NCBI GenBank assembly: GCA_963663965.2
Contig: CAXXFK010000012.1
Location: forward strand, 1 to 64,000
From: Sedimentisphaerales bacterium
GTDB lineage: Bacteria > Planctomycetota > Phycisphaerae > Sedimentisphaerales > SM23-30
DNA: 64,000 nucleotides
Direction: 5' to 3'
Shown: in pieces, positions 50,695-60,875 of the stretch
How the letters are laid out: every line of letters begins with the position of its first letter
How positions within the stretch are numbered: position 1 is the first letter of the stretch
Made by a program: the position numbers and the translations under genes
The notes under the pieces: model-generated
What the model saw: the letters and a program-made list of their open reading frames with translations, nothing else
Told to the model about the DNA's origin: nothing
Databases searched by the model: none

Positions 50695-53600
50695 ATGTCT
50701 AATCCGATAACAAATTATCGACTGTGTGCCGGACGAACAGGACTGATCGTGACAGTCATTTCGCTCAGCTTCCTGACCGTTGCCATGATCGGGTGGAACT
50801 GGCTGATCAGGGGAATTTTTACCGGCATCGACCATAATAACGCTCAGCAGAATATGGTCCGCATCCAGAACCATATCCAGGATCGAATGAATGCTCTGGA
50901 CCAGATCTGTGACCACTTGGCCAACTCAGCAACAAGGACACCCACACTTACGGATCAGAATATCGATCATATCCTGACCCATTTTAGAACGGAATCCTTT
51001 ATCGATGGATGCTATGATTACGTGGCAAAACTGAATTCGGACCTTACGATTGCCTGGAATCACATCCCTGCCAATCAATCGATCCCGGCAAACGAAACCC
51101 AATGGGCGGACTTGATCTACAGCCAGAACAATCTGACCGATTTAATCCAGCGACATCGAACCGGGTGCCATGGTATTTTCCCTCAAAATAATCATCTTTT
51201 CATTTTATCGTTCCGTCCCGTCATTAACGCCACAGAAGATTTGCCAGATCCGGAAATATTAATCGTTGGTCAGTTCCTTAATCCAAAAACCATCGCTCAT
51301 TTATTGCCTGAACAAAGCAATATCGCGATTCTGACAGAAGATCAGCTTGAAATGGAAACCGTCCGGCAACTGACGCCGGCAACGTCCACGGTGATCGATG
51401 ACCTTCCGGATAACCGACTGTGTACCACCGCGCTATTAAATCAAGTCTCCGGGGATAAACAACTCTATTTGCAATTACAATCGCCGGCCACGATTACTTT
51501 ACACTATTACCGGCCCTTACCAGGGATCCTCTGGACCTTCTGGTTTGCCTGGCTGTTATTAACCGCGTTGCTGGGATGGATTATACACCGGCGAATACTG
51601 GCTCCCATGCACGCTTTGGCAAAATGGTCTGGCCAGACTATCGATCCCAATGTCTCCGGCGATCTGATGCCGGTCCCCACTGAGCCGCTTGAAGTATTCC
51701 AAACCGCGCAAAATTTTGCCGGCCTGACAAAAAAATACCGGCAACTCGCGCGCAACTGGCAAATTGTTTCGGATAATGTCAATGTGGGTATTGTCCTGTT
51801 TGATCGCGATATGAAAGTCATCTGGGCCAGCGAACGCATCTGCCAGATTACTGAAAAAACCATTGACCTGTTGATCGGCGCTTCCTGCCATAATGCTTAT
51901 GGGAAATGTCAATGGCTCTGCCCGGGCTGTGATATCGTCAAAAGCGAAGCCTTCCGGCAGGAAGGTTATCAATTGGAAAAGGAAATTCAAAGCGGTCAAT
52001 ATTACCGGATCGTTTACAGCCCGGCCCTCTCAGCCAAAGGGTATTTGACTGGTTTTATTGCCTGTTTTTATGATATTTCAAAACAGGTGCTCCTGGAACG
52101 GGAACTCCGCGAAAGCGAAGAAAAATTCAGATCCCTGGTTGAAAATTCTCATGCGGCCGTCATTGTTGCCACCGATAAAATCGAATATTGCAATCACGCT
52201 TTCGCCTCAGCGATAGGTCATGACAGCAACGAACTCATCGGCTATTATAGCCTTGCGGATCTGGTTCATCCCGATATGCGCAGCTTTGTCGAACACATCC
52301 AGACTCATCAGTTGAAAAAACCTGGCGATACGGTCGATTGTGAAATTGAATGTCGCCATCGGGATGGTTCAAGTGTCTATTTCAATATTCACGGCACTCT
52401 GGTAATTCTCTACGATGAACCCTGTATGATTATCAGCGGTGTGGATATTACCCGTTTAAAACGTTCGCTCAAGGCCCTGTCCAGCCAAAACCTCCTGCAA
52501 GGTATCGTATTCGACATATCACGTCAGTTTTCCTTTATTACACCGGATAATATCGACCATACCATCCAGAAAGCGCTGCAGAAACTCGGCGAACATTTCA
52601 AAGTCGACCGCGTCTATCTCTATCGTTATCTCGAACATAAAAATATTCTGGTCAATTCTCATGAATGGACCGCCGGTGGGATTATCCCTATGAAACAGGC
52701 CAGCCCGGAATTTCTCTGCGAGAATATTCCCTGGTGGTTTAACCAGATGAATATCGGGCATACGCTTTGCTTGAGTCGACCGGACGAAATCCCTCAGGCC
52801 GCCACCGGAGTACATAAACTCTTTGCTGAACAGGGAATTACCTCTCTGATGGCTATTCCTGTCCGTAGCGCTAATACACTGATGGGCGTTATTGGATTTG
52901 ATTGTATTAAGCGCGAACACCTGTGGGAAACCCGGGAAGTTCGCACGCTCAATCTTATCTGCGACATGGTTTTTCGCGCCCTCGAAATGAATGAAAATGA
53001 AATGCGCGCCCGCGACCGGTTCCAGCAGCTCGAACAGGCCAATCGCGAACTGAGCCTGTCAAATCGACAGATGGATCATGGTAAGCCAATCGTCACAATG
53101 ACCCCGGATTATTTCGTTCGACTGGGACATGAAATTCAAGGCCCTCTGAATGCCATGGTCGGTTTCAGCAACTTATTGGCAGACCTGAACGACCAGCCTT
53201 CTGATGAATCGGAATATATCGATCAAATCCGGGCGAATGGCCGTAAATCCCTGGATCTGGTCAATGATCTGCTCGATCTGTCTCGTATCGAAATCGGCGA
53301 CTCTCTGATTCGTAAAGATCATTTCTCGGTTCGTGAATGCATCAGGGAGATCGAATTAACTATTCAACCCGAAATCCAGATGAAAGGGATCGCATTCATA
53401 TCGGTGATCGATGAACACATTCCCGATCTGATCTATTCCGATATCAACCGCCTGCGCCAATGCCTGCTCAATTTACTGCGGTTTTCTCTGGCGGATATGA
53501 AAGTGGGGATCATCAGACTCAATATTCGTCCGGAACTCAACCGGCGCGTCCGTTTCGATATCGGTGACAACGGACCCGGAATCGCATTGGAACGGCAGAA

Positions 53601-53829
53601 AACACTGTTTGATCCCCAGCGATCTCAACCGGGTAGACATTACGAGTCCAGCCTCAAAATGCTGGTTACCCGAAAACTGGCGCAACTCTTGGGTGGCAAT
53701 CTCTCCGTCATCAGCATGCCGGGACGGGGCGCCTCTTTTTCCCTGACCATTCTGGCCCAATCTCAGGACAGCCAGGTTCATGACACCTCTCCCCTTGAAA
53801 CAGAAGTCGGTTCCATCACCGCTCTTTGA
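50695..53829 (+). CDS. Membrane sensor histidine kinase-like protein (CHASE4-like, PAS x2, GAF, HisKA, degenerate HATPase)
   Basis: Two TMs, ESEEKFRSLVEN, DRVYLY...EW...GVIGFD GAF, HEIQGPLNA, DNGPGI. Confidence 0.88.
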   Translation: MSNPITNYRLCAGRTGLIVTVISLSFLTVAMIGWNWLIRGIFTGIDHNNAQQNMVRIQNHIQDRMNALDQICDHLANSATRTPTLTDQNIDHILTHFRTESFIDGCYDYVAKLNSDLTIAWNHIPANQSIPANETQWADLIYSQNNLTDLIQRHRTGCHGIFPQNNHLFILSFRPVINATEDLPDPEILIVGQFLNPKTIAHLLPEQSNIAILTEDQLEMETVRQLTPATSTVIDDLPDNRLCTTALLNQVSGDKQLYLQLQSPATITLHYYRPLPGILWTFWFAWLLLTALLGWIIHRRILAPMHALAKWSGQTIDPNVSGDLMPVPTEPLEVFQTAQNFAGLTKKYRQLARNWQIVSDNVNVGIVLFDRDMKVIWASERICQITEKTIDLLIGASCHNAYGKCQWLCPGCDIVKSEAFRQEGYQLEKEIQSGQYYRIVYSPALSAKGYLTGFIACFYDISKQVLLERELRESEEKFRSLVENSHAAVIVATDKIEYCNHAFASAIGHDSNELIGYYSLADLVHPDMRSFVEHIQTHQLKKPGDTVDCEIECRHRDGSSVYFNIHGTLVILYDEPCMIISGVDITRLKRSLKALSSQNLLQGIVFDISRQFSFITPDNIDHTIQKALQKLGEHFKVDRVYLYRYLEHKNILVNSHEWTAGGIIPMKQASPEFLCENIPWWFNQMNIGHTLCLSRPDEIPQAATGVHKLFAEQGITSLMAIPVRSANTLMGVIGFDCIKREHLWETREVRTLNLICDMVFRALEMNENEMRARDRFQQLEQANRELSLSNRQMDHGKPIVTMTPDYFVRLGHEIQGPLNAMVGFSNLLADLNDQPSDESEYIDQIRANGRKSLDLVNDLLDLSRIEIGDSLIRKDHFSVRECIREIELTIQPEIQMKGIAFISVIDEHIPDLIYSDINRLRQCLLNLLRFSLADMKVGIIRLNIRPELNRRVRFDIGDNGPGIALERQKTLFDPQRSQPGRHYESSLKMLVTRKLAQLLGGNLSVISMPGRGASFSLTILAQSQDSQVHDTSPLETEVGSITAL

Positions 53830-53852
53830 TTACGGCTTCGCGATCATCGGGA

Positions 53853-54818
53853 TTATAAATGACTGAACATCCCTTCAAACAACGGACCCGTCAGATATCG
53901 TTCCGCCGCGTCTGGCAAGATGACAACAATCGTCTTTCCCGCAAATTCCGGTAAATTCGCGATTCGCTCCGCCACACAGACTGCCGCGCCGCACGATATT
54001 CCCGCCAGGATCCCTTCTTCACTCGCCAGCCGGCGGCCATAATCTATCGCCTCGGCATTGGTCACGGTTTCCACCCGGTCGATCAGAGACAAGTCAAGGA
54101 CATCCGGGATAAATCCGGCGCCTATACCCTGTATCTTATGTGGTCCGGGCCGTAACTCCTCTCCGGCCAGTTTCTGAGTAATCACCGGGCTATCCGCAGG
54201 CTCTACGGCAATCGCGGTGAGGGTTTTTCCTTTGGTTGTCTTGAGATAACGGCTGATCCCCGTAATCGTACCGCCTGTGCCGACGCCCGAGATCAGGACA
54301 TCAACTTCACCATCGGTATCCTCCCAGATTTCCGGCCCCGTCGTCTTCTCGTGGATGGCCGGATTGGCAGGATTCTTAAATTGCTGCGGCATAAAATACT
54401 TCTCAGGATTGGACGCCACCATTTCTTCCGCCCGGGCTATTGCGCCGGCCATCCCTTTGGTGCCGTCTGTTAAAATAAGATCCGCCCCCAAAGCAACCAA
54501 CACCTTGCGGCGTTCGACACTCATTGTCTCCGGCATCGTCAGATGCACTTTGTAGCCGCGCGCCGCACCGACAAACGCCAGCGCGATTCCCGTATTCCCG
54601 CTGGTGGGTTCCACCATCTCCTTGCCCGGCTTCAATTGTCCGGACTTTTCAGCCTCCCAGACCATATTGGCGCCTATCCGACACTTGACGGAGTAAGCCG
54701 GATTCCGGCCTTCAATCTTTGCCAAGATTTTGGCGCCGCCGGTTGCACCGATTCGATTCAGCTTCACCAGCGGTGTCCTCCCAATCGAAAATGAATTGTC
54801 TTCGAAATATTTTGGCAT
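53853..54818 (-). CDS. cysK: Cysteine synthase A
   Basis: [33 protein letters not shown]. Confidence 0.97.
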   Translation of the reverse strand: MPKYFEDNSFSIGRTPLVKLNRIGATGGAKILAKIEGRNPAYSVKCRIGANMVWEAEKSGQLKPGKEMVEPTSGNTGIALAFVGAARGYKVHLTMPETMSVERRKVLVALGADLILTDGTKGMAGAIARAEEMVASNPEKYFMPQQFKNPANPAIHEKTTGPEIWEDTDGEVDVLISGVGTGGTITGISRYLKTTKGKTLTAIAVEPADSPVITQKLAGEELRPGPHKIQGIGAGFIPDVLDLSLIDRVETVTNAEAIDYGRRLASEEGILAGISCGAAVCVAERIANLPEFAGKTIVVILPDAAERYLTGPLFEGMFSHL

Positions 54819-54853
54819 GACTGTACTCCGTCAAATATCGGATTTTTTTAATT

Positions 54854-55012
54854 TATCAACTGAGTATGTCTTCGCGGGTACAACGCTCACCCTGATTAAG
54901 GATATCCTCATCACAATGGGCTAACCTGATTAACATAGATACATACTCTTTCAGGCTAATCCAGCTTGATCGTACCTGCTGGCCGAACCTGGCAACTCAG
55001 CATTATTTGATA
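54854..55012 (+). ncRNA. Candidate structured ncRNA, 6S-RNA-like rod with central bubble
   Basis: Nested helices TATCAA/TTGATA, CTGAGT/ACTCAG, TGTC/GGCA, TTCG/CGAA, GCGGGTAC/GTACCTGC, internal bubble, CCTGA/TCAGG. Confidence 0.35.
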
Positions 55013-55049
55013 GTATTTATCAAATTAACTGACTATGTTCTCATACTAA

Positions 55050-55078
55050 AAAATAGTCACGGGCTTTATTCAAGTCAA
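55050..55078 (-). promoter_or_regulatory. Candidate sigma70 promoter for cysK
   Basis: TTGACT-N17-TATTTT, overlapped by a TGACTAT/ATAGTCA inverted repeat. Confidence 0.45.
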
Positions 55079-55298
55079 GTGCTATTCACCCCATCTCCAC
55101 CTTCACCCATTTCCATCCTATCCCCCATTCTTATATACACAGTGTTAATTATTTTGTTGACAACCAAACAACCTTTACCTAAACATCTATTTTGCAATCA
55201 GTTACATTTTATTTCCATAATGCCGACCGTATTCAGTTCCGCTTAACAATATATCATTCTCTATTCACCAAATTGGTATGCCCAAACCGCCTTTCCCG

Positions 55299-56240
55299 TT
55301 AGATTTCTTTTCCTGTAATCAACGTTCCCCATCCACCTCGACCACTATTCCGGCCAATATTCCTGACAGTTCTCTCCATAGTGCTATTTTTATACCTCTC
55401 CACGGCCTTTTCCGGGACCATATTCACTAACTCGACCCGGTTGAATTCCTGCCATTCCTCCCGCGGCCTCAGCTCATCATCACCGGTCACCTCCCCCTCA
55501 CGACAATAGGGACACGCCTCCTGGCAGATGTCACACCCGTATCCTCGCTTTTGCATCCATATCCGATATTCTTCCGGACAATCCCTCAACGCTTCTGTGG
55601 TCCAGTACGATATACATTTTCGCGCATCCAGTTCTCGCTCTCCAACCAGAGCGCCGGTCGGACACGCCAGCATACACGCCTGACAATCCCCGCAGCGATC
55701 CAGGCCGGCCTGATCCACCTCCAATTCCAGATCCGCAACAATCTCACCCAGCAATATCCACGACCCATACCGTTCATTCAACAACAGCGAATGTTTTCCT
55801 ATCCATCCCAATCCCGCCTGCCAGGCGTAATATTTCTCTAAAATCGGCGCGCTATCGACATAACACCGCATTTGAACCGGCCGGCTTTCTTCAGCACGGA
55901 TCCTGTCCGCCAACCGTTTCAAGCGCTCTTTGATCACCACATGATAATCGCGAAACCGCCCATATCGCGCCACCGCCCACTCGCCCGCCAATTCCCGATC
56001 ATGATAATAATTCAAGCCAACACAGATCACACAACACCCCCCCTCAATCAGTCGTCCCGCCTCCAATCGCTTATCCAGATTTCGCCCCAGATAGCCCATT
56101 TCCCCATGATAACCCCGCCCCAGATACTCCCGCATCGCTTTTGCCACCTTATCCTGAACGGGCCCCGCCGAGGCAATGCCGCACATACTGAAACCGGACT
56201 CCAGCGCCAGGTTTTTTATCGTTTCACTGGTTATCGTCAT
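55299..56240 (-). CDS. queG: Epoxyqueuosine reductase
   Basis: YHGEMGYL, DYHVVIK, VDSAPILEK, CGDCQACMLACPTGA, CISY, GCDICQEACP. Confidence 0.95.
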   Translation of the reverse strand: MTITSETIKNLALESGFSMCGIASAGPVQDKVAKAMREYLGRGYHGEMGYLGRNLDKRLEAGRLIEGGCCVICVGLNYYHDRELAGEWAVARYGRFRDYHVVIKERLKRLADRIRAEESRPVQMRCYVDSAPILEKYYAWQAGLGWIGKHSLLLNERYGSWILLGEIVADLELEVDQAGLDRCGDCQACMLACPTGALVGERELDARKCISYWTTEALRDCPEEYRIWMQKRGYGCDICQEACPYCREGEVTGDDELRPREEWQEFNRVELVNMVPEKAVERYKNSTMERTVRNIGRNSGRGGWGTLITGKEI

Positions 56241-56506
56241 ACGTATACTGATTACAATTGAAAATGCTCGCTGGGCCGTGATATAAGTTCTTCATGAGTA
56301 AATACTTATCTTGCGAGCGATCGGGAATTTTCATACCCATTGGGTATAAAGGGTTCGCTTCCTCTCAGGGTATCATAGCCATATCCGGCATCCGGCAACG
56401 AATACCACGCCAAAGATTGGATCTGAATATAGATTGTATCATACCCTGATCCCGTTTCCCACCGTTAAAGCCGGAATCTCGCCAGCCAACCATTTCCTCC
56501 GGAAAA

Positions 56507-57151
56507 TCACGGAAGTGTTCGCCCGCCTTCTCTGACCCGCCGTCTTTGCCTGACTATCCCTGCCAGGCCCAGCGTCAATAGCCCCGCCGGTTCCGGCACA
56601 TAAGCCATTGCGGCAATACCGTGAGGATAAATGGCATCTCCCGTAAATCCTTCCCCGATGACACCCCCACGCAATTTATCTCCCGTGATCGTTACTTTAA
56701 CTTCTGTAGATTCATGATCCGGGCTCACCCGGAATCCAATCAAGCGCCGGTCCAGTCCTGGCGCCGGCTCTCCAGGGATAGCATCCCCATCTTCATCCAG
56801 ATACCCCATGCACACCCCAAAATAACGGCTGGGCAATACCGCAACGCCTGGACCATCCGGCGAACTCAATGGATGAGCGCCCTCACCCGGTAACTCCGTG
56901 GGAGTCCCAAAATCAATGTAATAGTCGATATACGCGTTAAATTCACTGTTCAGATAGGTCAGATCACTCACGCTTTCCAATACACCGCCTTGCAACGCCA
57001 CCGTCAGCGCCACGCCGCGCAAATGTTCTCCGCCGGTAACTTCATAGAAAATCGTGACTTCATCACCCAACGCCTCTGCTTTGATATAAACACTCCCATA
57101 CAATGGACTCGTAGAAAACAGAAATGTGATTATTGCCAGGAAACGTTGCAT
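56507..57151 (-). CDS. PEP-CTERM surface protein
   Basis: AAAGGAG RBS, signal peptide, VPEPAGLLTLGLAGIVRQRRR. Confidence 0.87.
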   Translation of the reverse strand: MQRFLAIITFLFSTSPLYGSVYIKAEALGDEVTIFYEVTGGEHLRGVALTVALQGGVLESVSDLTYLNSEFNAYIDYYIDFGTPTELPGEGAHPLSSPDGPGVAVLPSRYFGVCMGYLDEDGDAIPGEPAPGLDRRLIGFRVSPDHESTEVKVTITGDKLRGGVIGEGFTGDAIYPHGIAAMAYVPEPAGLLTLGLAGIVRQRRRVREGGRTLP

Positions 57152-57568
57152 AAATCGACTCCTTTCTTGACTGACCACTCACCAGTATTCGGCGCTGCCG
57201 GGCCCAACTCCAATATGTTATCCAATCCCCTGACATCGAATTTCAACCACAATCCCCGAACGTTACTATTATCGTACGGTCCATCAATTATCCCTGAATT
57301 TTTCCCCATATTCATCCGTGAAATGAATAGGCTTGTAACAATTATGCGGATAAATACAAACATCAATATGGCGTCTCTCCAAATCAGAACATTCTTTGAT
57401 TTCTTGCCTGTTATTCCTGAATCGGCCCGGACTGTAAACCGATAAAACTTGATAGATAATTGAGCCTATCCTGTTTCGTGACCGTTGCCAGGCAGGCCCG
57501 ATAACGTCATAACCAATAATGAGTTTCCAGACGATTGTATTCGCAATTAACTTACAAACCCGGCACAA

Positions 57569-59008
57569 ATGAATATTGGCGCTGATTCTACTACTGAAAT
57601 GATTTCAAACGAGCAGGCGGTTGCAAACAAAGCCTGCTTCCAGGAAGGCTACCTGCCTGTTCCCCTGCCTTATATCGCGCCTGAAAGCCTGCAAGGCCTC
57701 AAAATCTATCTCTACAACCCACCGGTCTACAATCTCTATAAAAGCCTCGATCTCAATTTTAGCCGCAAGGATTATAACCGCCTGATTGACGGTGGTATCG
57801 AAACCGTTTATATCCCCACCAGCGATCACCAGGCCTATTATCAGGCTGTCAGTGGACATCTGGATGACATTCTGGAAGACCGCAAAATCATCAAACAGAA
57901 AAAAAGCGATATCCTCTACGCCACCACCCTCTCCCTGGCCAATCAACTGCTCACCCAGCCCCCCGGTAAAAAACAGATCGATCAGGTCCGCCGGCTCACC
58001 GCTGCCACCGTCCGATATCTCTTTAAAGACCCCCGTTCTTTCAACCATCTCTTTGAAATCTCCAACCACGACTTCTATACCGCCACCCACATGACCAACG
58101 TCAGCACCATCATGGTCGCCTATGCCAACTACCTCGGCATCGACGACCCCGATATGCTCAACGACCTGGGAACCGGCGCGCTGCTGCACGACGTCGGCAA
58201 GATGTTTATCCCTCAGGATCTGCTCAACTGCAAAGATAAACTCACCCCCGAGCAGATACTCATGATCCAGAGCCATGTCCAGAAAGGCGTCGATCACCTC
58301 TCTTCGGTTACCGATCTGTCCGATAACATTATTCGCATGGTCGCCGAACACCACGAAAAAAACGACGGCACCGGTTATCCCCGCCATCTGTTGTGTGATG
58401 ATATTTCACTCATTGGTAAAATGACCTCAATGGTCGATTGTTACGAAGCCATGACCTCTGTCCGGCCCTATCGCAACCATGGGCTCTCCACCGATGAAGC
58501 GCTCGAGATCATCCAGGGCATGGCGCCCCATTGCTTCGAAAGCGAACTGGTCGAATCCTTTTCCCGGTTCGTCATGGATTCCATGAACAACCGCCCGGCC
58601 CATGATGTCTCCTCCGAGCATAATATTAAAATCCTCAAACGGCTGGGTCTGCTTAACGACCGCGATAATCCATCCGGCCGCCAGTTTCCCAGGTATTATC
58701 TCCGTGTCCGCTCCACACTCAGCATCATGCACAAAAACAATGGCAAATGGACCACCGGCCCGGAAGAAATCGTTATCGTTCATAACATGTCCCAGGGCGG
58801 AATGGGTATCCTGAGCCCCAAAGCCTTATCCAAAAACGCGATCGTCCGCATCCGGATCGCCTCCCGGCAACTCGACCGCCACGTGGACTACCTCGCCACC
58901 GTCGTCCGCGTCGTCAACCACGCCGATGGCTGGTACACCCTCGGCACCCGCTTCCTCCAATCCCAGACCTCCGACCACATCCAGACCCTCTACCAGACCC
59001 TCAAATAA
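57569..59008 (+). CDS. HD-GYP phosphodiesterase with C-terminal PilZ domain
   Basis: LHDVGK, HHEKNDGTGYP, RPYR; RQFPR...NMSQGG. Confidence 0.92.
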   Translation: MNIGADSTTEMISNEQAVANKACFQEGYLPVPLPYIAPESLQGLKIYLYNPPVYNLYKSLDLNFSRKDYNRLIDGGIETVYIPTSDHQAYYQAVSGHLDDILEDRKIIKQKKSDILYATTLSLANQLLTQPPGKKQIDQVRRLTAATVRYLFKDPRSFNHLFEISNHDFYTATHMTNVSTIMVAYANYLGIDDPDMLNDLGTGALLHDVGKMFIPQDLLNCKDKLTPEQILMIQSHVQKGVDHLSSVTDLSDNIIRMVAEHHEKNDGTGYPRHLLCDDISLIGKMTSMVDCYEAMTSVRPYRNHGLSTDEALEIIQGMAPHCFESELVESFSRFVMDSMNNRPAHDVSSEHNIKILKRLGLLNDRDNPSGRQFPRYYLRVRSTLSIMHKNNGKWTTGPEEIVIVHNMSQGGMGILSPKALSKNAIVRIRIASRQLDRHVDYLATVVRVVNHADGWYTLGTRFLQSQTSDHIQTLYQTLK

Positions 59009-59038
59009 TCCCCTCATCACCTGGTTTAGCTACCCATT

Positions 59039-59329
59039 TCATATCTCACCTGCCAGCCGCCGTTTCCGCTCTGCCGTAAACGACCACCATTCCCGCGTCT
59101 CACCCGTATCCATAAAATGGACCGCCGCCATCAGCACATCCAGCACACACGGATCCGGCCGCTTCCTCATCCGCTTGCCCAGCTTCTCATACAGCCGCAC
59201 CGCATCCTGCCCCGCCAGCTTCCCCGGCCGGTCAATCCCAATCAAACGCAACGCCCCGGCCATCGCCCCCCCCACATTCGGAATATCCTCCAGCTTCGTA
59301 ACCGCGTCTCGATCAACAGCTTTCATCAC
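59039..59329 (-). CDS. Helix-hairpin-helix protein, Cdd1/mitomycin-resistance-like family
   Basis: LEDIPNVG, DPCVLD, WWSFTAERK. Confidence 0.85.
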   Translation of the reverse strand: MMKAVDRDAVTKLEDIPNVGGAMAGALRLIGIDRPGKLAGQDAVRLYEKLGKRMRKRPDPCVLDVLMAAVHFMDTGETREWWSFTAERKRRLAGEI

Positions 59330-59393
59330 ATTGCCACTCCACCATAGTTTGAATAATCCATCTCCAACGGAACATTATAAACAAACACCACCA

Positions 59394-60797
59394 TCAATCC
59401 AACACCTTTTCCGCCTTGACAATCGCCACCCCCTCCTGAAACGGCTCCACCGCTACAATCCCCTCCACTTCCGTCTCAAAAGGAGTTTCGTTACCCAGGG
59501 TATCCACCACATATGACTTCCCTTCCCGCTTCCCCCAGGCCTTGCCCTCACTGAACGTCCCCAAGTACTGATAAATCGGCCGGATAACATCCTTTCGATC
59601 AAAATCACACACCCCATAACACCCATCTTTCCGGTATCGAATAAATTTCCCCTCCACAATCCCGCAGCAAAACATCCCATCCTCCCCTTTAAAAATAAGC
59701 TTCCCCTTCAGGTCAAATACCAGACTTTCCAGTGGCTCATCTTTAGCACATAAGATTCCCCATTCTGTCAATAATACCCGGTTATAAACAGGCTCAACAA
59801 TATAATGCCCCTTTTTATCGATAAAACCGCGTCTGGCCATGGCTCCAATTCCTGTTGACATTGTCAGTGGACTTGGCAAATCCGGCCGGTCCACCAAGAC
59901 CTCCGCCACGCCATATCTAAAAATTGGAACAAGTATGACCCGGTCTTTCAATTTGACAACCTCAAGCGTTTCGCAATTAATAAAGCCGGAATAATGCTCA
60001 TTGGGATCATCCCCATGATCTTTTGCATAAAAAGCAATCCCATTCTCGATAGTATGGATATAGGAATAGAACGGTTTGATCACCATTTTTCCCGTTTTAT
60101 CCATCAAGCCCCAATCCCAACAGGTTTCGTCAAAAAGACGTTCTTCCGGGGCATCGGGATGCAAATAGCCCACCGGACACAGCCCCGCGGAAAAATACCC
60201 GCTGGAATCCCAATCTCCCCTCAACACCACATTGCCTTTGGTATCCAGATATACGAGTTTCTCATCAATTGCTCCTAATGCCAATCCATCCTGAAATGGC
60301 TCAAGCCAATCATAAATAAAATCAACGATCTCTTTTCCCGTTTTATCGATTATGCCCCACTTACCCCCCTCCTTTTTAACCGGAGCAAAACCTTCCGAAA
60401 AGGATCGCGCTTCGTCATACAACAAAGGAATAATCAATTTCCCCTCGGTATCGATATACCCACAATACCCACCTCTACCTACTAACGCCCGGTCTTCGAT
60501 AAATCCTAACGCAGAGTCATATGGTAGCGAAACCACCACACTATCACGGACCATCATACAATTTTTCTTCCCACCCATAACTACATTGACTATGCCACCT
60601 TCTAAAAATCGAATAGAATCGTATTCTAATGGCAATACCCAATGCCCCCCGCTATCGACGATTCCATAACGATACTTACTGACATAGCGGGGCCGCGGCG
60701 GGGTATAGTCGTTTTTTTTGTCCGCATTGTCGCCCCCCGGCAACAAGCCAAAACATGACAGCAAGATATATTGAACGATTTTCGTTGTACTGTTCAT
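59394..60797 (-). CDS. Exported WG-repeat protein
   Basis: Repeats such as GYIDTEGKLIIPLLYDEARSFSEG and WGIIDKTGKEIVDFIYD. AAGGAG RBS. Confidence 0.9.
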   Translation of the reverse strand: MNSTTKIVQYILLSCFGLLPGGDNADKKNDYTPPRPRYVSKYRYGIVDSGGHWVLPLEYDSIRFLEGGIVNVVMGGKKNCMMVRDSVVVSLPYDSALGFIEDRALVGRGGYCGYIDTEGKLIIPLLYDEARSFSEGFAPVKKEGGKWGIIDKTGKEIVDFIYDWLEPFQDGLALGAIDEKLVYLDTKGNVVLRGDWDSSGYFSAGLCPVGYLHPDAPEERLFDETCWDWGLMDKTGKMVIKPFYSYIHTIENGIAFYAKDHGDDPNEHYSGFINCETLEVVKLKDRVILVPIFRYGVAEVLVDRPDLPSPLTMSTGIGAMARRGFIDKKGHYIVEPVYNRVLLTEWGILCAKDEPLESLVFDLKGKLIFKGEDGMFCCGIVEGKFIRYRKDGCYGVCDFDRKDVIRPIYQYLGTFSEGKAWGKREGKSYVVDTLGNETPFETEVEGIVAVEPFQEGVAIVKAEKVLD

Positions 60798-60875
60798 GAT
60801 AAACTCCTTCGGCAACAGTCTCTATCTCACGCGCTAATCGAGTACTTTCCATTAACTCCGATTGGCATAATCCCG

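Noticed and set aside
54820..55020. SAM-I riboswitch upstream of cysK
   Set aside because: Core SAM-I sequence elements are not present in order on the minus strand.
56241..56506. Cobalamin riboswitch upstream of B12-dependent queG
   Set aside because: No B12 box or conserved receptor-domain motifs.
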